NCBI GenBank assembly: GCA_963664825.1
Contig: OY761614.1
Span: 544,001 to 608,000, forward strand
Source of the DNA: an uncultured Holophaga sp.
Lineage (GTDB): Bacteria > Acidobacteriota > Holophagae > Holophagales > Holophagaceae
Length of the DNA: 64,000 bases
Reading direction: 5' to 3'
Shown: positions 9,635 to 20,033 of the stretch, in pieces
Layout: every line of letters begins with the position of its first letter
How positions within the stretch are numbered: position 1 is the first letter of the stretch
Program-made: the position numbers and the translations under genes
The notes under the pieces: model-generated
What the model saw: only the letters and a program-made list of their open reading frames with translations
Databases searched by the model: none
Told to the model about the DNA's origin: nothing

Positions 9635-9994
9635 TCAGTGGCGGCCGTAGACATCCTCGAGGCGCTCGATATCGTTCTCGTCAAAATGACCCAGGCTGAT
9701 CTCCATCACCCGCACCGGCTGGGGCGTCTGGGACGCGCAGCTGAGGCGGTGGACGCTTCCCGCGGGCAGCCAGATCTCGGCGTTCCTGTCGGGGGTAATG
9801 AGCTTCCCGTCCAGTTCGATGATCACGCCCTCGTCCAGGGCCACCCAGAGTTCGGCGCGGTGGCGGTGTTTCTGGAGGCTCAGTTTCTGCCCGGGGGCGC
9901 AGGTGAGGATCTTCACCGTGCAGGTCTCGTTGAGCACGAACTGGTCGAAGGAGCCCCAGGGCTTGTCTACGTGGATTGTCTTTGGCTTTTCCAT
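9635..9994 (-). CDS. Phosphomannose isomerase type II C-terminal cupin domain protein
   Basis: VDKPWGSF...LSLQKHRHRAELW...HRL...EISLGHFDENDIERLEDVYGR. Confidence 0.85.
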   Translation of the reverse strand: MEKPKTIHVDKPWGSFDQFVLNETCTVKILTCAPGQKLSLQKHRHRAELWVALDEGVIIELDGKLITPDRNAEIWLPAGSVHRLSCASQTPQPVRVMEISLGHFDENDIERLEDVYGRH

Positions 9995-10069
9995 GTCGGT
10001 TCTCACTGGAAAGATTGCGTCATCCCGCCGCTCGCCTTGGTTCGCGGGGGGCTCAAGGGACGATACGGC

Positions 10070-11140
10070 TTACAATAGATCCTTGCGGCCCATCTGCTGG
10101 AGCCGCTGGACGATATCCTTCACGCCCTGGGCCTTGTCCCGGTGGCAGATAAGGAGCGCGTCCTCCTCGTCGACCACGATGAGGTCCTTCAGGCCCGAGC
10201 CTCCGATCATGCGGCGGCCGCCGAAGATGGCGCAGTTCGTGGAATCCACCAGCACCGCATCCCCCAGCACCACGTTGCCGTTCTCGTCGGCCTCGTGGAA
10301 TTCCACCACCGCAGGCCAGGAGCCCACGTCCGACCAGCCGAAGCTGGCGGGCACCACCGCCACGTGGTGGGACTTTTCCATCAGCGCGTAGTCGATGGAG
10401 AGCTTGGGCAGCTGGGCGTAGGCCTCGCCGATCGTCTGGGGATCGGCCCCGGCGGCCACCCAAGCATCCAGAGGCGCCAGCACCTCCGGGCAATGGGCCT
10501 GGAGTTCCCGGCGCATATCCGCCAGGGTCCACACGAACATCCCCGCATTCCAGAAGTGGCGCCCCGTCTGGACGTATTCCAGGGCGGTGGCCAGGGGCGG
10601 CTTCTCCCGAAAGGCCTTCACGGCCAGGACCGGGCCCTGGCCTTGGGTCTCGATGTAGCCGTAGCCGGTCTCGGGGTAGGCGGGCCGGATGCCGAAGGTG
10701 ACCAGTTCGTGCTGGTCCCAGGCATGGCGGGCAGCCACCTCGATATCCCGGTGGAAGGCCGGATTGTCGGTGATCCAGTGATCCGCCGAGAGCACCACCA
10801 TCACGCCCTTGGGGTGGCGCGCCTCGATGACGGTCAGGGCCAAGGCCAAGCAGGGTGCCGTGTTGCGACCCTCGGGTTCGATGATGACATTCTCCGCGGG
10901 CAGCTCGGGCAGGAGCCGCCGAGTTTCCGCCGCCAGGTCCTCAGTGGTCACCACGAAGACATTGGCGGGCGCGAAATCCGGGAAGAGCCGCGATACGGTT
11001 TGGTTCAGGAGGGTGGAATCGCCCACCATGGCCAGGAACTGCTTGGGCCGATGGGTCCGAGAGCGCGGCCAGAACCGCGTCCCCCGCCCGCCCGCCATAA
11101 CGACGGCTATTTTTTCGATACCACCAACCGTATTCGACAT
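10070..11140 (-). CDS. manC: Mannose-1-phosphate guanylyltransferase
   Basis: MAGGRGTRFWPRSR...PKQFL, EPEGRNTAP, ETGYGYI, FREKP, SIDYALMEK, WSDVGSW. Confidence 0.93.
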   Translation of the reverse strand: MSNTVGGIEKIAVVMAGGRGTRFWPRSRTHRPKQFLAMVGDSTLLNQTVSRLFPDFAPANVFVVTTEDLAAETRRLLPELPAENVIIEPEGRNTAPCLALALTVIEARHPKGVMVVLSADHWITDNPAFHRDIEVAARHAWDQHELVTFGIRPAYPETGYGYIETQGQGPVLAVKAFREKPPLATALEYVQTGRHFWNAGMFVWTLADMRRELQAHCPEVLAPLDAWVAAGADPQTIGEAYAQLPKLSIDYALMEKSHHVAVVPASFGWSDVGSWPAVVEFHEADENGNVVLGDAVLVDSTNCAIFGGRRMIGGSGLKDLIVVDEEDALLICHRDKAQGVKDIVQRLQQMGRKDLL

Positions 11141-11158
11141 CCTTGTCCTTTCAACCCG

Positions 11159-11245
11159 TTAACGTGCGCGAAGTCTCGGCAGCGCCGCAGGCGATACCGA
11201 AATAACGACAGCTGCTTTTTCGATACCATCAATCGTATTCGACAT
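11159..11245 (-). CDS. 28-aa ORF duplicating the ManC N-terminus (MSNTIDGIEKAAVVISVSPAALPRLRAR)
   Basis: Own AGGAGA RBS; first 44 nt are 39/44 identical to the manC start; TAA stop. May be a remnant. Confidence 0.4.
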   Translation of the reverse strand: MSNTIDGIEKAAVVISVSPAALPRLRAR

Positions 11246-11292
11246 CTGCGCCTCTCCTACCCATTCCTGCGTGCAGTCTGTGCAGCGAAGCA

Positions 11293-12273
11293 TCAGCGGG
11301 CCAGCACGGGCAGCAGACCCGTCAACAGCCCCGGCGGGGCGGGACGGGGATCATGGATCCTCGCCAGGGGAATGGGCACCAGCTCCCCGGCCTGCGCGCC
11401 CAGGTAGAGGCCCTGCTCCCCGGCCGCCAGGCGCTTGACGGCCTCGGCACCCCAGAGGCTGCCCCAGATGCGGTCGGTGGCCGTGGGGCTACCACCCCGC
11501 TGGATGTGCCCGAGCACCACCACCCGCATATCCAGTGCGTAGTCCTGGCGCAAACGCTCGCCCACGACATAGGCGTTCCCCAGCTGCTGATCGCCTTCGG
11601 CGACCACCACGATGCTGCTGCGCTTGCCGCGTTCCCAACCCGCCTTCAGCTGGGCCACCAGATCCTCGTAGGTATCCCTGGCGGCTTCGGGGTAGATCAC
11701 GGCTTCTGCGCCACAGGCGATGGCCGTATGCACGGCAATCATGCCGGAGCTCCGGCCCATGACCTCCACCAGGAAAAGCCGCTCGTGGGAACTGGCGGTA
11801 TCCCGGATGCGGTCCACGGCGCCGACGGCCGTATTGAGGGCCGTATCGAAGCCTAGGGTGAGTTCCGTGCCGGGCAAATCGTTATCGATGGTGCCGGGGA
11901 TGCCGACGCAGGGCACCTCCTGTTCCACATTCAGCAGCTCGGCGCCCGTGAAACTGCCATCCCCGCCGATGATGACCAAGGCATCGATCCCCGCAGCCCG
12001 GAGATCCCGAGTCGCCTGGGCCCGGACGGCCTTCACCCGGAAGGCGTCACAGCGGGCCGTATTGAGGATGGTGCCCCCCCGCTGGAGGATATTGGCGCAG
12101 CTGCGGCTGGAGAGGGGCCGCCAATCCTGGTCCACCAGCCCCTGGAAACCGCGATAGATGCCGTAGACCTCGATACCGAGAAAACTGGCCTGCCTCACAG
12201 CGGCGCGGATCGCGGCGTTCATCCCCGGAGCATCGCCCCCGGAAGTCAGGACGCCGATGCGCTTCAGTGTCAT
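11293..12273 (-). CDS. pfkA: ATP-dependent 6-phosphofructokinase
   Basis: LTSGGDAPGMNAAIR, IGGDGS, PGTIDND, EVMGR, LGHIQRGG. Confidence 0.95.
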   Translation of the reverse strand: MTLKRIGVLTSGGDAPGMNAAIRAAVRQASFLGIEVYGIYRGFQGLVDQDWRPLSSRSCANILQRGGTILNTARCDAFRVKAVRAQATRDLRAAGIDALVIIGGDGSFTGAELLNVEQEVPCVGIPGTIDNDLPGTELTLGFDTALNTAVGAVDRIRDTASSHERLFLVEVMGRSSGMIAVHTAIACGAEAVIYPEAARDTYEDLVAQLKAGWERGKRSSIVVVAEGDQQLGNAYVVGERLRQDYALDMRVVVLGHIQRGGSPTATDRIWGSLWGAEAVKRLAAGEQGLYLGAQAGELVPIPLARIHDPRPAPPGLLTGLLPVLAR

Positions 12274-12692
12274 TTCTTCCTCGCGGCGGATTTCTTGGGG
12301 TGGTGGGCCTTCCCCTTCTTGACGATCACTTTGGATTCCTTGGTGGCCTTGGGTTCCTTGGACCCTTTAGTGGCCTTGGATCCCTTGGTCGCCTCCCCCT
12401 TGGCGGCAAGGGCCCTGCCCTTCCGCCCCTTCTTCGCCACAAGGGCCTTCCCCTTCCGCCCCTTCTTCACGCTCTTCTTGGCGCGGTAGCCCGGCGTGTC
12501 CTTGATGTGCAGTTCGGGCGGGGGGAGGGGCGGAGGTTCCATCACGGTGCGAGGGACAGCCGGGAGATCCTGTTCGCCGCCGGCTTGGGCGCGCTGAGCC
12601 TTGATCTTCATCACGGGGTCTTCGGGGAGCTGTTGGGCCACGAGCAGACCAAGGGTCATCGCGACAATTCCCAGCAGGCGTGGATAGATCAT
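12270..12692 (-). CDS. Exported protein with Pro-rich linker and Lys-rich repetitive tail
   Basis: GGAG RBS before MIYPRLL; signal-like N-terminus; KKGRKG(K/R)AL x2 and ATK(G/E)SK repeats; ATGA overlap with pfkA. Confidence 0.7.
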   Translation of the reverse strand: MIYPRLLGIVAMTLGLLVAQQLPEDPVMKIKAQRAQAGGEQDLPAVPRTVMEPPPLPPPELHIKDTPGYRAKKSVKKGRKGKALVAKKGRKGRALAAKGEATKGSKATKGSKEPKATKESKVIVKKGKAHHPKKSAARKK

Positions 12693-12756
12693 TGCGTGAC
12701 TCCAGCAAGTGTTCCAGCAACAGAGCCAGGATACCTCACTGGCACTTCTGATGAAC

Positions 12757-13272
12757 TCAGGAGCCCTTCGCCTGCTTCTGGATCCGCAGCTTGGCGAAGA
12801 ATTCCGCCACCACGGCATCCGCATCATCCTTGGATTGATCGGCGGCCTGCCCTTCCCGTTCCAGGATATCCCGGCCCGAAGGCGCGTGTTTGGTGGCTTC
12901 TTCCTGGGGAGACAGATTCGCCTGGATGTACTCGGAGACGTCGATGAGCCGGTGGCCTACCTTTTCCAGCTTCTGGCGGACGATATCCTGGTATTGGAAG
13001 AGATCGAAAACCCCCGAGACGTTGTACATGCCATTGTCCGCATGGAGGCCGATATCCTCGATCTTGGCCAGGAGGCTATCCCGTTCTTCGCTGGGGGGCA
13101 CGAGCCGAGCCAGGATTTCGCTGCATTCCTTAGCCAAAATCTGGATTTCCTCGAAGCTGGACTGGACGACCTCGATCTGGGAAATGACGCGCTCGGCCCC
13201 ACCCTCTTGCTCCTGGGCGATCTGCACCAACTGGTCAGGAATGGGCTGGTCCCTTTTCCCCTTGTCTGACAT
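12757..13272 (-). CDS. CheZ-like phosphatase
   Basis: FQYQDIVRQKLEKV resembles the CheZ DxxxQ motif; C-terminal DDADAVVAEFF resembles the CheY-binding helix. Confidence 0.55.
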   Translation of the reverse strand: MSDKGKRDQPIPDQLVQIAQEQEGGAERVISQIEVVQSSFEEIQILAKECSEILARLVPPSEERDSLLAKIEDIGLHADNGMYNVSGVFDLFQYQDIVRQKLEKVGHRLIDVSEYIQANLSPQEEATKHAPSGRDILEREGQAADQSKDDADAVVAEFFAKLRIQKQAKGS

Positions 13273-13326
13273 CCATCACCTCCGGCCATGCTGAGTGCCT
13301 TCAAGATATCGTCCAGAAGGGCCTGA

Positions 13327-15246
<1,920 letters not shown>

Positions 15247-15270
15247 TTCCCTCCTCGCCTTAGATCGTGC

Positions 15271-15326
15271 ATCTGGAATGTTCACTTCGCCGCCTAGGAG
15301 CGGCGGAGTGAATGCAGCATCCAGAT
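15271..15326. terminator. Long hairpin between convergent thiC and kinase genes
   Basis: ttcacttcgccgc-ctagga-gcggcggagtgaa, with outer atctgga/tccagat. Confidence 0.65.
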
Positions 15327-17912
15327 TCAGGACACCAGCTCTGTCACCATCCGCACCAGTTCCTTGATCCGATAGGGCTTGCGGAGGAACCCATCGGGGT
15401 GGAGTTCGTGCACGAGTTCCCCGATCTCCTCTTCCGCGTAGCCGCTGCAGATGATGACCTTCACCGTGGGGTCCAGGCTTCGGATCCGCCGGAAGGCCTC
15501 CAGGCCCCCCATGCGCGGCATATTCAGATCCAGAACCACCAGGGATATCTCCGCACCTCGCGCTTCGAAGAGCTCCAGGGCAGCCTGGCCGTCCTCGGCG
15601 GTGATTACCTGAAAGCCCGCGGGTTCCAGGGCCTCCACCGTCAGATCCCGCAGCAGCTCCTCGTCCTCGGCGACGAGCACCGTGCCTCCCGCCTGTCGCG
15701 AACAGTCCTGGGAAGCGGCCATGGGCGTGGCCAGGGGCTCCTCTGTGGCAGGGAAGTAGAGCTGGATCCGGGTGCCCTGCCCCAGCCCGCTCTCCAGGGT
15801 GATGCCGCCATTGTGAGCCCGCATGATACCCAGGGTCGCCGAGAGACCGAGGCCGCGGCCCGTGGCCTTGGTTGTGAAGAAGGGATCGAAGACCTTCCCC
15901 AACATTTCGGGGTCGATGCCCGGGCCATCATCCTGGATCTCCACGCAGGCCGCAGGCCCCTCCACCAGGGCGCTCCCGGGCACCAGCCTGGAGAGGAGGG
16001 CCCCGTCGGCCCGCACGGGGAAAACGTGCACCTGCACATGGCCCTCGCCCAACCCTAGGGCCTCGGCGGCATTGGTCAAAAGACTGCTGAGGGCCTGCTG
16101 GATGTGCCCCGCGTCGCCCCTCACCCCCGGAACGCCCGATGAGACATGGAAGTCGATCCGGACCCTGCGAGGCATGGCCGCCCGAGCCATCTCGGCCATT
16201 TCGGAGAGAACCTCCCCCAAATCCACGGGCTGGATCAGGAAGGGAGCGCGCCCCGAATAGGCGAGCATCTGCCGGGCCAGATCCGCGGCCCGGAAGGCGG
16301 CGGTCTCGATGCGCGCCAGGTTCTCATGGGCGGGATTGCCCGCCGGTAGGTGATCCCGGGCGAGCTCGGCATTGCCCGAGATGGCCCAGAGCAGGTTATT
16401 GAAGTCGTGGGCGATCCCGCCGGCCATGACCCCCAGGCTCTCCACCTTCTGCTGGAGCCAGGCCCGCTCCTCCATCCGGCGCCGCTCAGTCATGTCCATC
16501 ACTAGGGACAGGACCCCTTCCACCCGGCCCTCGGCGTCGTAGATGGGGCTATTGGTCCATTCGCAGACAATGCGCTGACCATCCTTGCGCAGTGCCTCCT
16601 GGGGGCCACTCCAACTGCGGCCCTCCCGGAGCACCTCCTCCAGCGCAGCCAAGGCCTGCTTGCCCCCTGGGCCCGGTACCCGAATTCCCTCCCCGGAGTG
16701 TTCCACCACCTCCTCGGCACCAAAGCCGAAGATCCTGGCTGCGGCAGGATTCCACCGGCGCACCCGGAGTTCCCCGTCCCATTCCACCACACCTACCGGC
16801 GTGCTCTCGATGAGCATATCCAAGCGCCTCAACATCTCCCGTAGGCCACGAGTGAGATGTTCAGCCAAGCGGCGGGCCCGCTCCTGGGTGCTCGCCAGAC
16901 TCCAGACCACCGCTCCCAGGGATAGGCTCGCCAGCAATCCCACCAGGAGGATATAGGTCACCCGGCTCCGCTGGGCTCCTTCGAAGAAGGCCGGGAGCGG
17001 GCGAGAGGCCAGCCCCCAGGTCCGGCCAAAGACCTCCAGGCGATGGATCTGCGAGGTGGCCCTGAGCTCCCGAAAGCTGGGTCCAACCTTGGGAGAGAGG
17101 CGGATCTCCTGGCCCTCGCTGAGATCAAAGAGGTTCGCCGAGACCGCGTCGTCGCTGCCCTGTTTGATGTCATCGAGAAAGGCATCCATGTAGAGCCCCA
17201 GGCTCACCCAGCCCTTGAGCTGCGCACGCCGCGCTTCCGGGGTGGCAGGCAGGGAGGCGCTGCGATAGATCGGGAAGAAGAGGGCCAGGGAGGTGCGGGG
17301 CACCCCGTCCAATCGGAAGGTGAGGGGTCCCGAGAGGGTCGGTTCCCCGCTCCGAGCCGCCCTCTCGGCGGCTTGGCGCTGATGAAGGCTCGTGCCCACA
17401 TCCATGCCCAGGGCCTTGGAGGCCGTCTCCGAGGGCTCGGCCAGGGTGATCACGAAATGATCAGGCCCTTCTCCGGGCAGGGCGCGATCACTGGGGTCCA
17501 GGCTCTTCACCACGCAGAGCTTTTGGAGGGAATGGCGGGCCTGGAAGGCCGACAGGCCTTCCCGGGGCACACATTCAATGTAGACCAGGGTCTTGAGCCC
17601 CGGGTGCCGGTGGAGGAAGTCCAGGTCCTGGGCATAGGCTCGCCAGACGGGTGCAGCAGGCGCAGGCCCTTGGCGGAGGAAGGCGTGGGCCCCCCGGAGG
17701 AGATCCTCGTAGCTCGAGAGGCGGGATTGAAGGCTCTTAAGGACGCGCTGGGTGTGGCGGTCCAAACGGAGTTGGTCGGCCTTCCGCTGCTGCTGGCGCG
17801 CCTCGTGGGCGACCCAGAGGGTGAGCCCCAGGCCCATCACCAGCGGCAGCAAGGCCCATAGCAAGACCCCCCCGCGAGGGCGCCCCAGACGTCTGAGAGA
17901 CCTTGCATTCAT
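15327..17912 (-). CDS. Hybrid sensor histidine kinase (CHASE-PAS-HisKA-HATPase-REC)
   Basis: Two TM segments flanking a CHASE-like domain (ALGMDV...AARSGEP), PAS (WNPAAARIFG), AGGIAHDFNN, FDPFFTTK, GLGL, C-terminal receiver LDLNMP. Confidence 0.9.
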   Translation of the reverse strand: MNARSLRRLGRPRGGVLLWALLPLVMGLGLTLWVAHEARQQQRKADQLRLDRHTQRVLKSLQSRLSSYEDLLRGAHAFLRQGPAPAAPVWRAYAQDLDFLHRHPGLKTLVYIECVPREGLSAFQARHSLQKLCVVKSLDPSDRALPGEGPDHFVITLAEPSETASKALGMDVGTSLHQRQAAERAARSGEPTLSGPLTFRLDGVPRTSLALFFPIYRSASLPATPEARRAQLKGWVSLGLYMDAFLDDIKQGSDDAVSANLFDLSEGQEIRLSPKVGPSFRELRATSQIHRLEVFGRTWGLASRPLPAFFEGAQRSRVTYILLVGLLASLSLGAVVWSLASTQERARRLAEHLTRGLREMLRRLDMLIESTPVGVVEWDGELRVRRWNPAAARIFGFGAEEVVEHSGEGIRVPGPGGKQALAALEEVLREGRSWSGPQEALRKDGQRIVCEWTNSPIYDAEGRVEGVLSLVMDMTERRRMEERAWLQQKVESLGVMAGGIAHDFNNLLWAISGNAELARDHLPAGNPAHENLARIETAAFRAADLARQMLAYSGRAPFLIQPVDLGEVLSEMAEMARAAMPRRVRIDFHVSSGVPGVRGDAGHIQQALSSLLTNAAEALGLGEGHVQVHVFPVRADGALLSRLVPGSALVEGPAACVEIQDDGPGIDPEMLGKVFDPFFTTKATGRGLGLSATLGIMRAHNGGITLESGLGQGTRIQLYFPATEEPLATPMAASQDCSRQAGGTVLVAEDEELLRDLTVEALEPAGFQVITAEDGQAALELFEARGAEISLVVLDLNMPRMGGLEAFRRIRSLDPTVKVIICSGYAEEEIGELVHELHPDGFLRKPYRIKELVRMVTELVS

Positions 17913-17982
17913 CGGAGCACCTGGATTACCAGATCAGGATAGCGGACCTGGGGTCTGTCAACCTCATTCCTTCACAGGCGAC

Positions 17983-18031
17983 CTTGACAAAATCTTGATG
18001 CTTTCCAGCCGAACCTTGACACCGTCTTGAT
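17983..18031 (+). promoter_or_regulatory. Two putative KdpE operators upstream of kdpF
   Basis: CTTGAC-N5-CTTGAT at 17983-17999 and again at 18015-18031 (11-bp period direct repeats). Confidence 0.65.
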
Positions 18032-18087
18032 GCGGCCTTCCAGAGACTGGAGGCGGACATTCCCGTCCGTCCCACCGGAGGCTTCCC

Positions 18088-18180
18088 ATGACAGGCATGC
18101 AGATCCTGGCCGCCATCCTGGCCCTGGCCCTCCTGGCCTACCTGGGCTTCGCCCTGCTCCAGCCGGAGAAATTCCAATGA
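18088..18180 (+). CDS. kdpF: K+-transporting ATPase subunit F (not in the ORF track)
   Basis: MTGMQILAAILALALLAYLGFALLQPEKFQ carries the YL..AL..PE.F signature; GGAGG RBS; ATGA overlap with kdpA. Confidence 0.9.
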   Translation: MTGMQILAAILALALLAYLGFALLQPEKFQ

Positions 18181-19928
18181 CCGCCAATAGCTGCGCGCAA
18201 TTCGCAGTCTTCCTGATCCTGCTCATCGCGCTCTCGAAGCCTCTGGGCGAATACATGGGCCGGGTCTTCGAACGGGAGCGCACCCTGCTCGATCCCCTGC
18301 TGAGGCCCCTGGAGCGCGGCCTCTACCGCCTGGCCGGCATCACCCCCGACGACCACATGGACTGGAAGGCCTACGCCTGGGCGATTCTGTTCTTCAATGC
18401 CCTGGGGCTCGGCTTCCTCTTCCTGCTGCTGAAGTGCCAGCACCTGCTGCCCCTCAACCCCCAGCACGCCCAAGGGCTACCCACACTCCTGGCCTGGAAT
18501 ACGGCCGTTAGTTTCGTCACCAACACCAACTGGCAGGCCTTCGCGGGTGAAACGACCCTCAGTCATCTCTCCCAGATGCTGGGGCTGACGGTGCAGAACT
18601 TCCTATCGGCGGCCACGGGCATCACGGTGGTGGTGGCCCTCTCCAGGGGCATCCGTCGCCGCAAGGCCACCAACCTGGGCTGTTTCTGGGCCGATCTCAC
18701 GCGCACGACCCTCTACATCCTGCTGCCCCTGGCCTTCATCTTCGCGATCTTCCTCCTCTCCCAGGGGGTGGTCCAGACCCTGGCCCCGCAGGCCGTGGCG
18801 CGATTTTTGACACCTGTGGTGGGGGCGGACGGGAAGACCATCCTGGAACAGATCCTGTCCCTGGGCCCCGTGGCCAGCCAGGAGGCCATCAAGCTCCTGG
18901 GCACCAATGGAGGCGGCTTCTTCAACGCCAATTCCGCCCACCCCTTCGAGAACCCCACGGCCCTCACGAGCTTCCTTCAGGCCCTCAGCATCCTGCTGAT
19001 CCCTGCGGCTCTCTGCCACGCCTTCGGCCGCATGGTGCGGGACCGCCGCCAGGGCTGGGCCCTCCTTGGGGCCATGACGGTCCTCTTCGTCCTGGCCCTG
19101 GGCGCGATCCACGGGGCCGAGCAGAGGAGCAACCCGGGACTGCGAGCCCTGCCCGTCAACCAGAGCGTGGTCGTCACCTCCGGCGCCGAACAGCCCGGAG
19201 GCAACATGGAAGGCAAGGAGATGCGCTTCGGCATCACGGCCACCACCCTCTTTGCCACCGCCTCCACGGGCACCTCCACCGGCGCCGTCAATGGCATGCA
19301 CGATTCCTTCACGCCCCTGGGGGGCCTGGTGCCCATCCTGCTGATGGAACTGGGGGAGGTCGTCTTCGGCGGCGTGGGTTCGGGCCTCTACACCCTGCTC
19401 ATCTTCGCCCTCATTGCGGTCTTCATCGCCGGACTGATGGTGGGGCGCACACCGGAATACCTGGGCAAGAAACTGGAAGCCTTCGAAATCAAGATGGCCT
19501 CCCTGGTCATCCTCATTCCGGCCGCGACCGTGCTGGTCTGCACGGCCCTGGGGGTGATGCTGCCGAGCGCGGTGATGAGCATCTCCAACCCCGGCGCCCA
19601 CGGCTTCAGCCAGGTGCTCTACGCCTTCAGCAGCGCGGCCAACAACAATGGCAGCGCCTTCGCTGGCCTGAACGCCAATACCGTTTTCTACAACACGACC
19701 ACCAGCCTCGCCATGCTATTGGGCCGCTTCGGCACCATGCTGCCGGTACTGGCCATCGCGGGCTCCCTGGGCCGCAAGAAACGGACCCCTCCAAGCGTCG
19801 GCACGCTGCCCACCCACGGTCCACTCTTCATCGCGCTCCTGGTGGCAGTGGTGATTCTCGTCGGCGCCCTCACCTTCATTCCCGCCCTGGCCCTCGGCCC
19901 CATCGCCGAGCACCTCTCCCTGACCTGA
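18177..19928 (+). CDS. kdpA: K+-transporting ATPase subunit A
   Basis: SFVTNTNWQ, LGTNGGGFF, NMEGKEMRFG, GGVGSG, NNGSAF. Confidence 0.96.
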   Translation: MTANSCAQFAVFLILLIALSKPLGEYMGRVFERERTLLDPLLRPLERGLYRLAGITPDDHMDWKAYAWAILFFNALGLGFLFLLLKCQHLLPLNPQHAQGLPTLLAWNTAVSFVTNTNWQAFAGETTLSHLSQMLGLTVQNFLSAATGITVVVALSRGIRRRKATNLGCFWADLTRTTLYILLPLAFIFAIFLLSQGVVQTLAPQAVARFLTPVVGADGKTILEQILSLGPVASQEAIKLLGTNGGGFFNANSAHPFENPTALTSFLQALSILLIPAALCHAFGRMVRDRRQGWALLGAMTVLFVLALGAIHGAEQRSNPGLRALPVNQSVVVTSGAEQPGGNMEGKEMRFGITATTLFATASTGTSTGAVNGMHDSFTPLGGLVPILLMELGEVVFGGVGSGLYTLLIFALIAVFIAGLMVGRTPEYLGKKLEAFEIKMASLVILIPAATVLVCTALGVMLPSAVMSISNPGAHGFSQVLYAFSSAANNNGSAFAGLNANTVFYNTTTSLAMLLGRFGTMLPVLAIAGSLGRKKRTPPSVGTLPTHGPLFIALLVAVVILVGALTFIPALALGPIAEHLSLT

Positions 19929-19929
19929 G

Positions 19930-20013
19930 AAGGGGGGACCGCCTGCTCGCTTCCCTCGCGATGTCCTCCCTTTGACCCCCACGTGGTGGCCAGGCAAAGC
20001 CAGTCCACCACGT
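19930..20013. repeat. Two-hairpin repeat element, copy 1 (intergenic)
   Basis: aaggggggac/gtcctccctt stem, accccc linker, acgtggtgg/ccaccacgt stem; shares aggggggaccgcc with the copy in valS. Confidence 0.65.
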
Positions 20014-20033
20014 CTGCCTTGAAAGCACGGCCC

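Noticed and set aside
18027..18176. N-terminal extension of KdpA
   Set aside because: Occupied by kdpF in another frame; kdpA starts at the ATGA overlap.
19930..20013. c-di-AMP (ydaO) or c-di-GMP riboswitch in the kdp operon
   Set aside because: Only GGGGGACC and GCAAAGCC fragments match; other conserved blocks are missing and a similar element sits inside valS.
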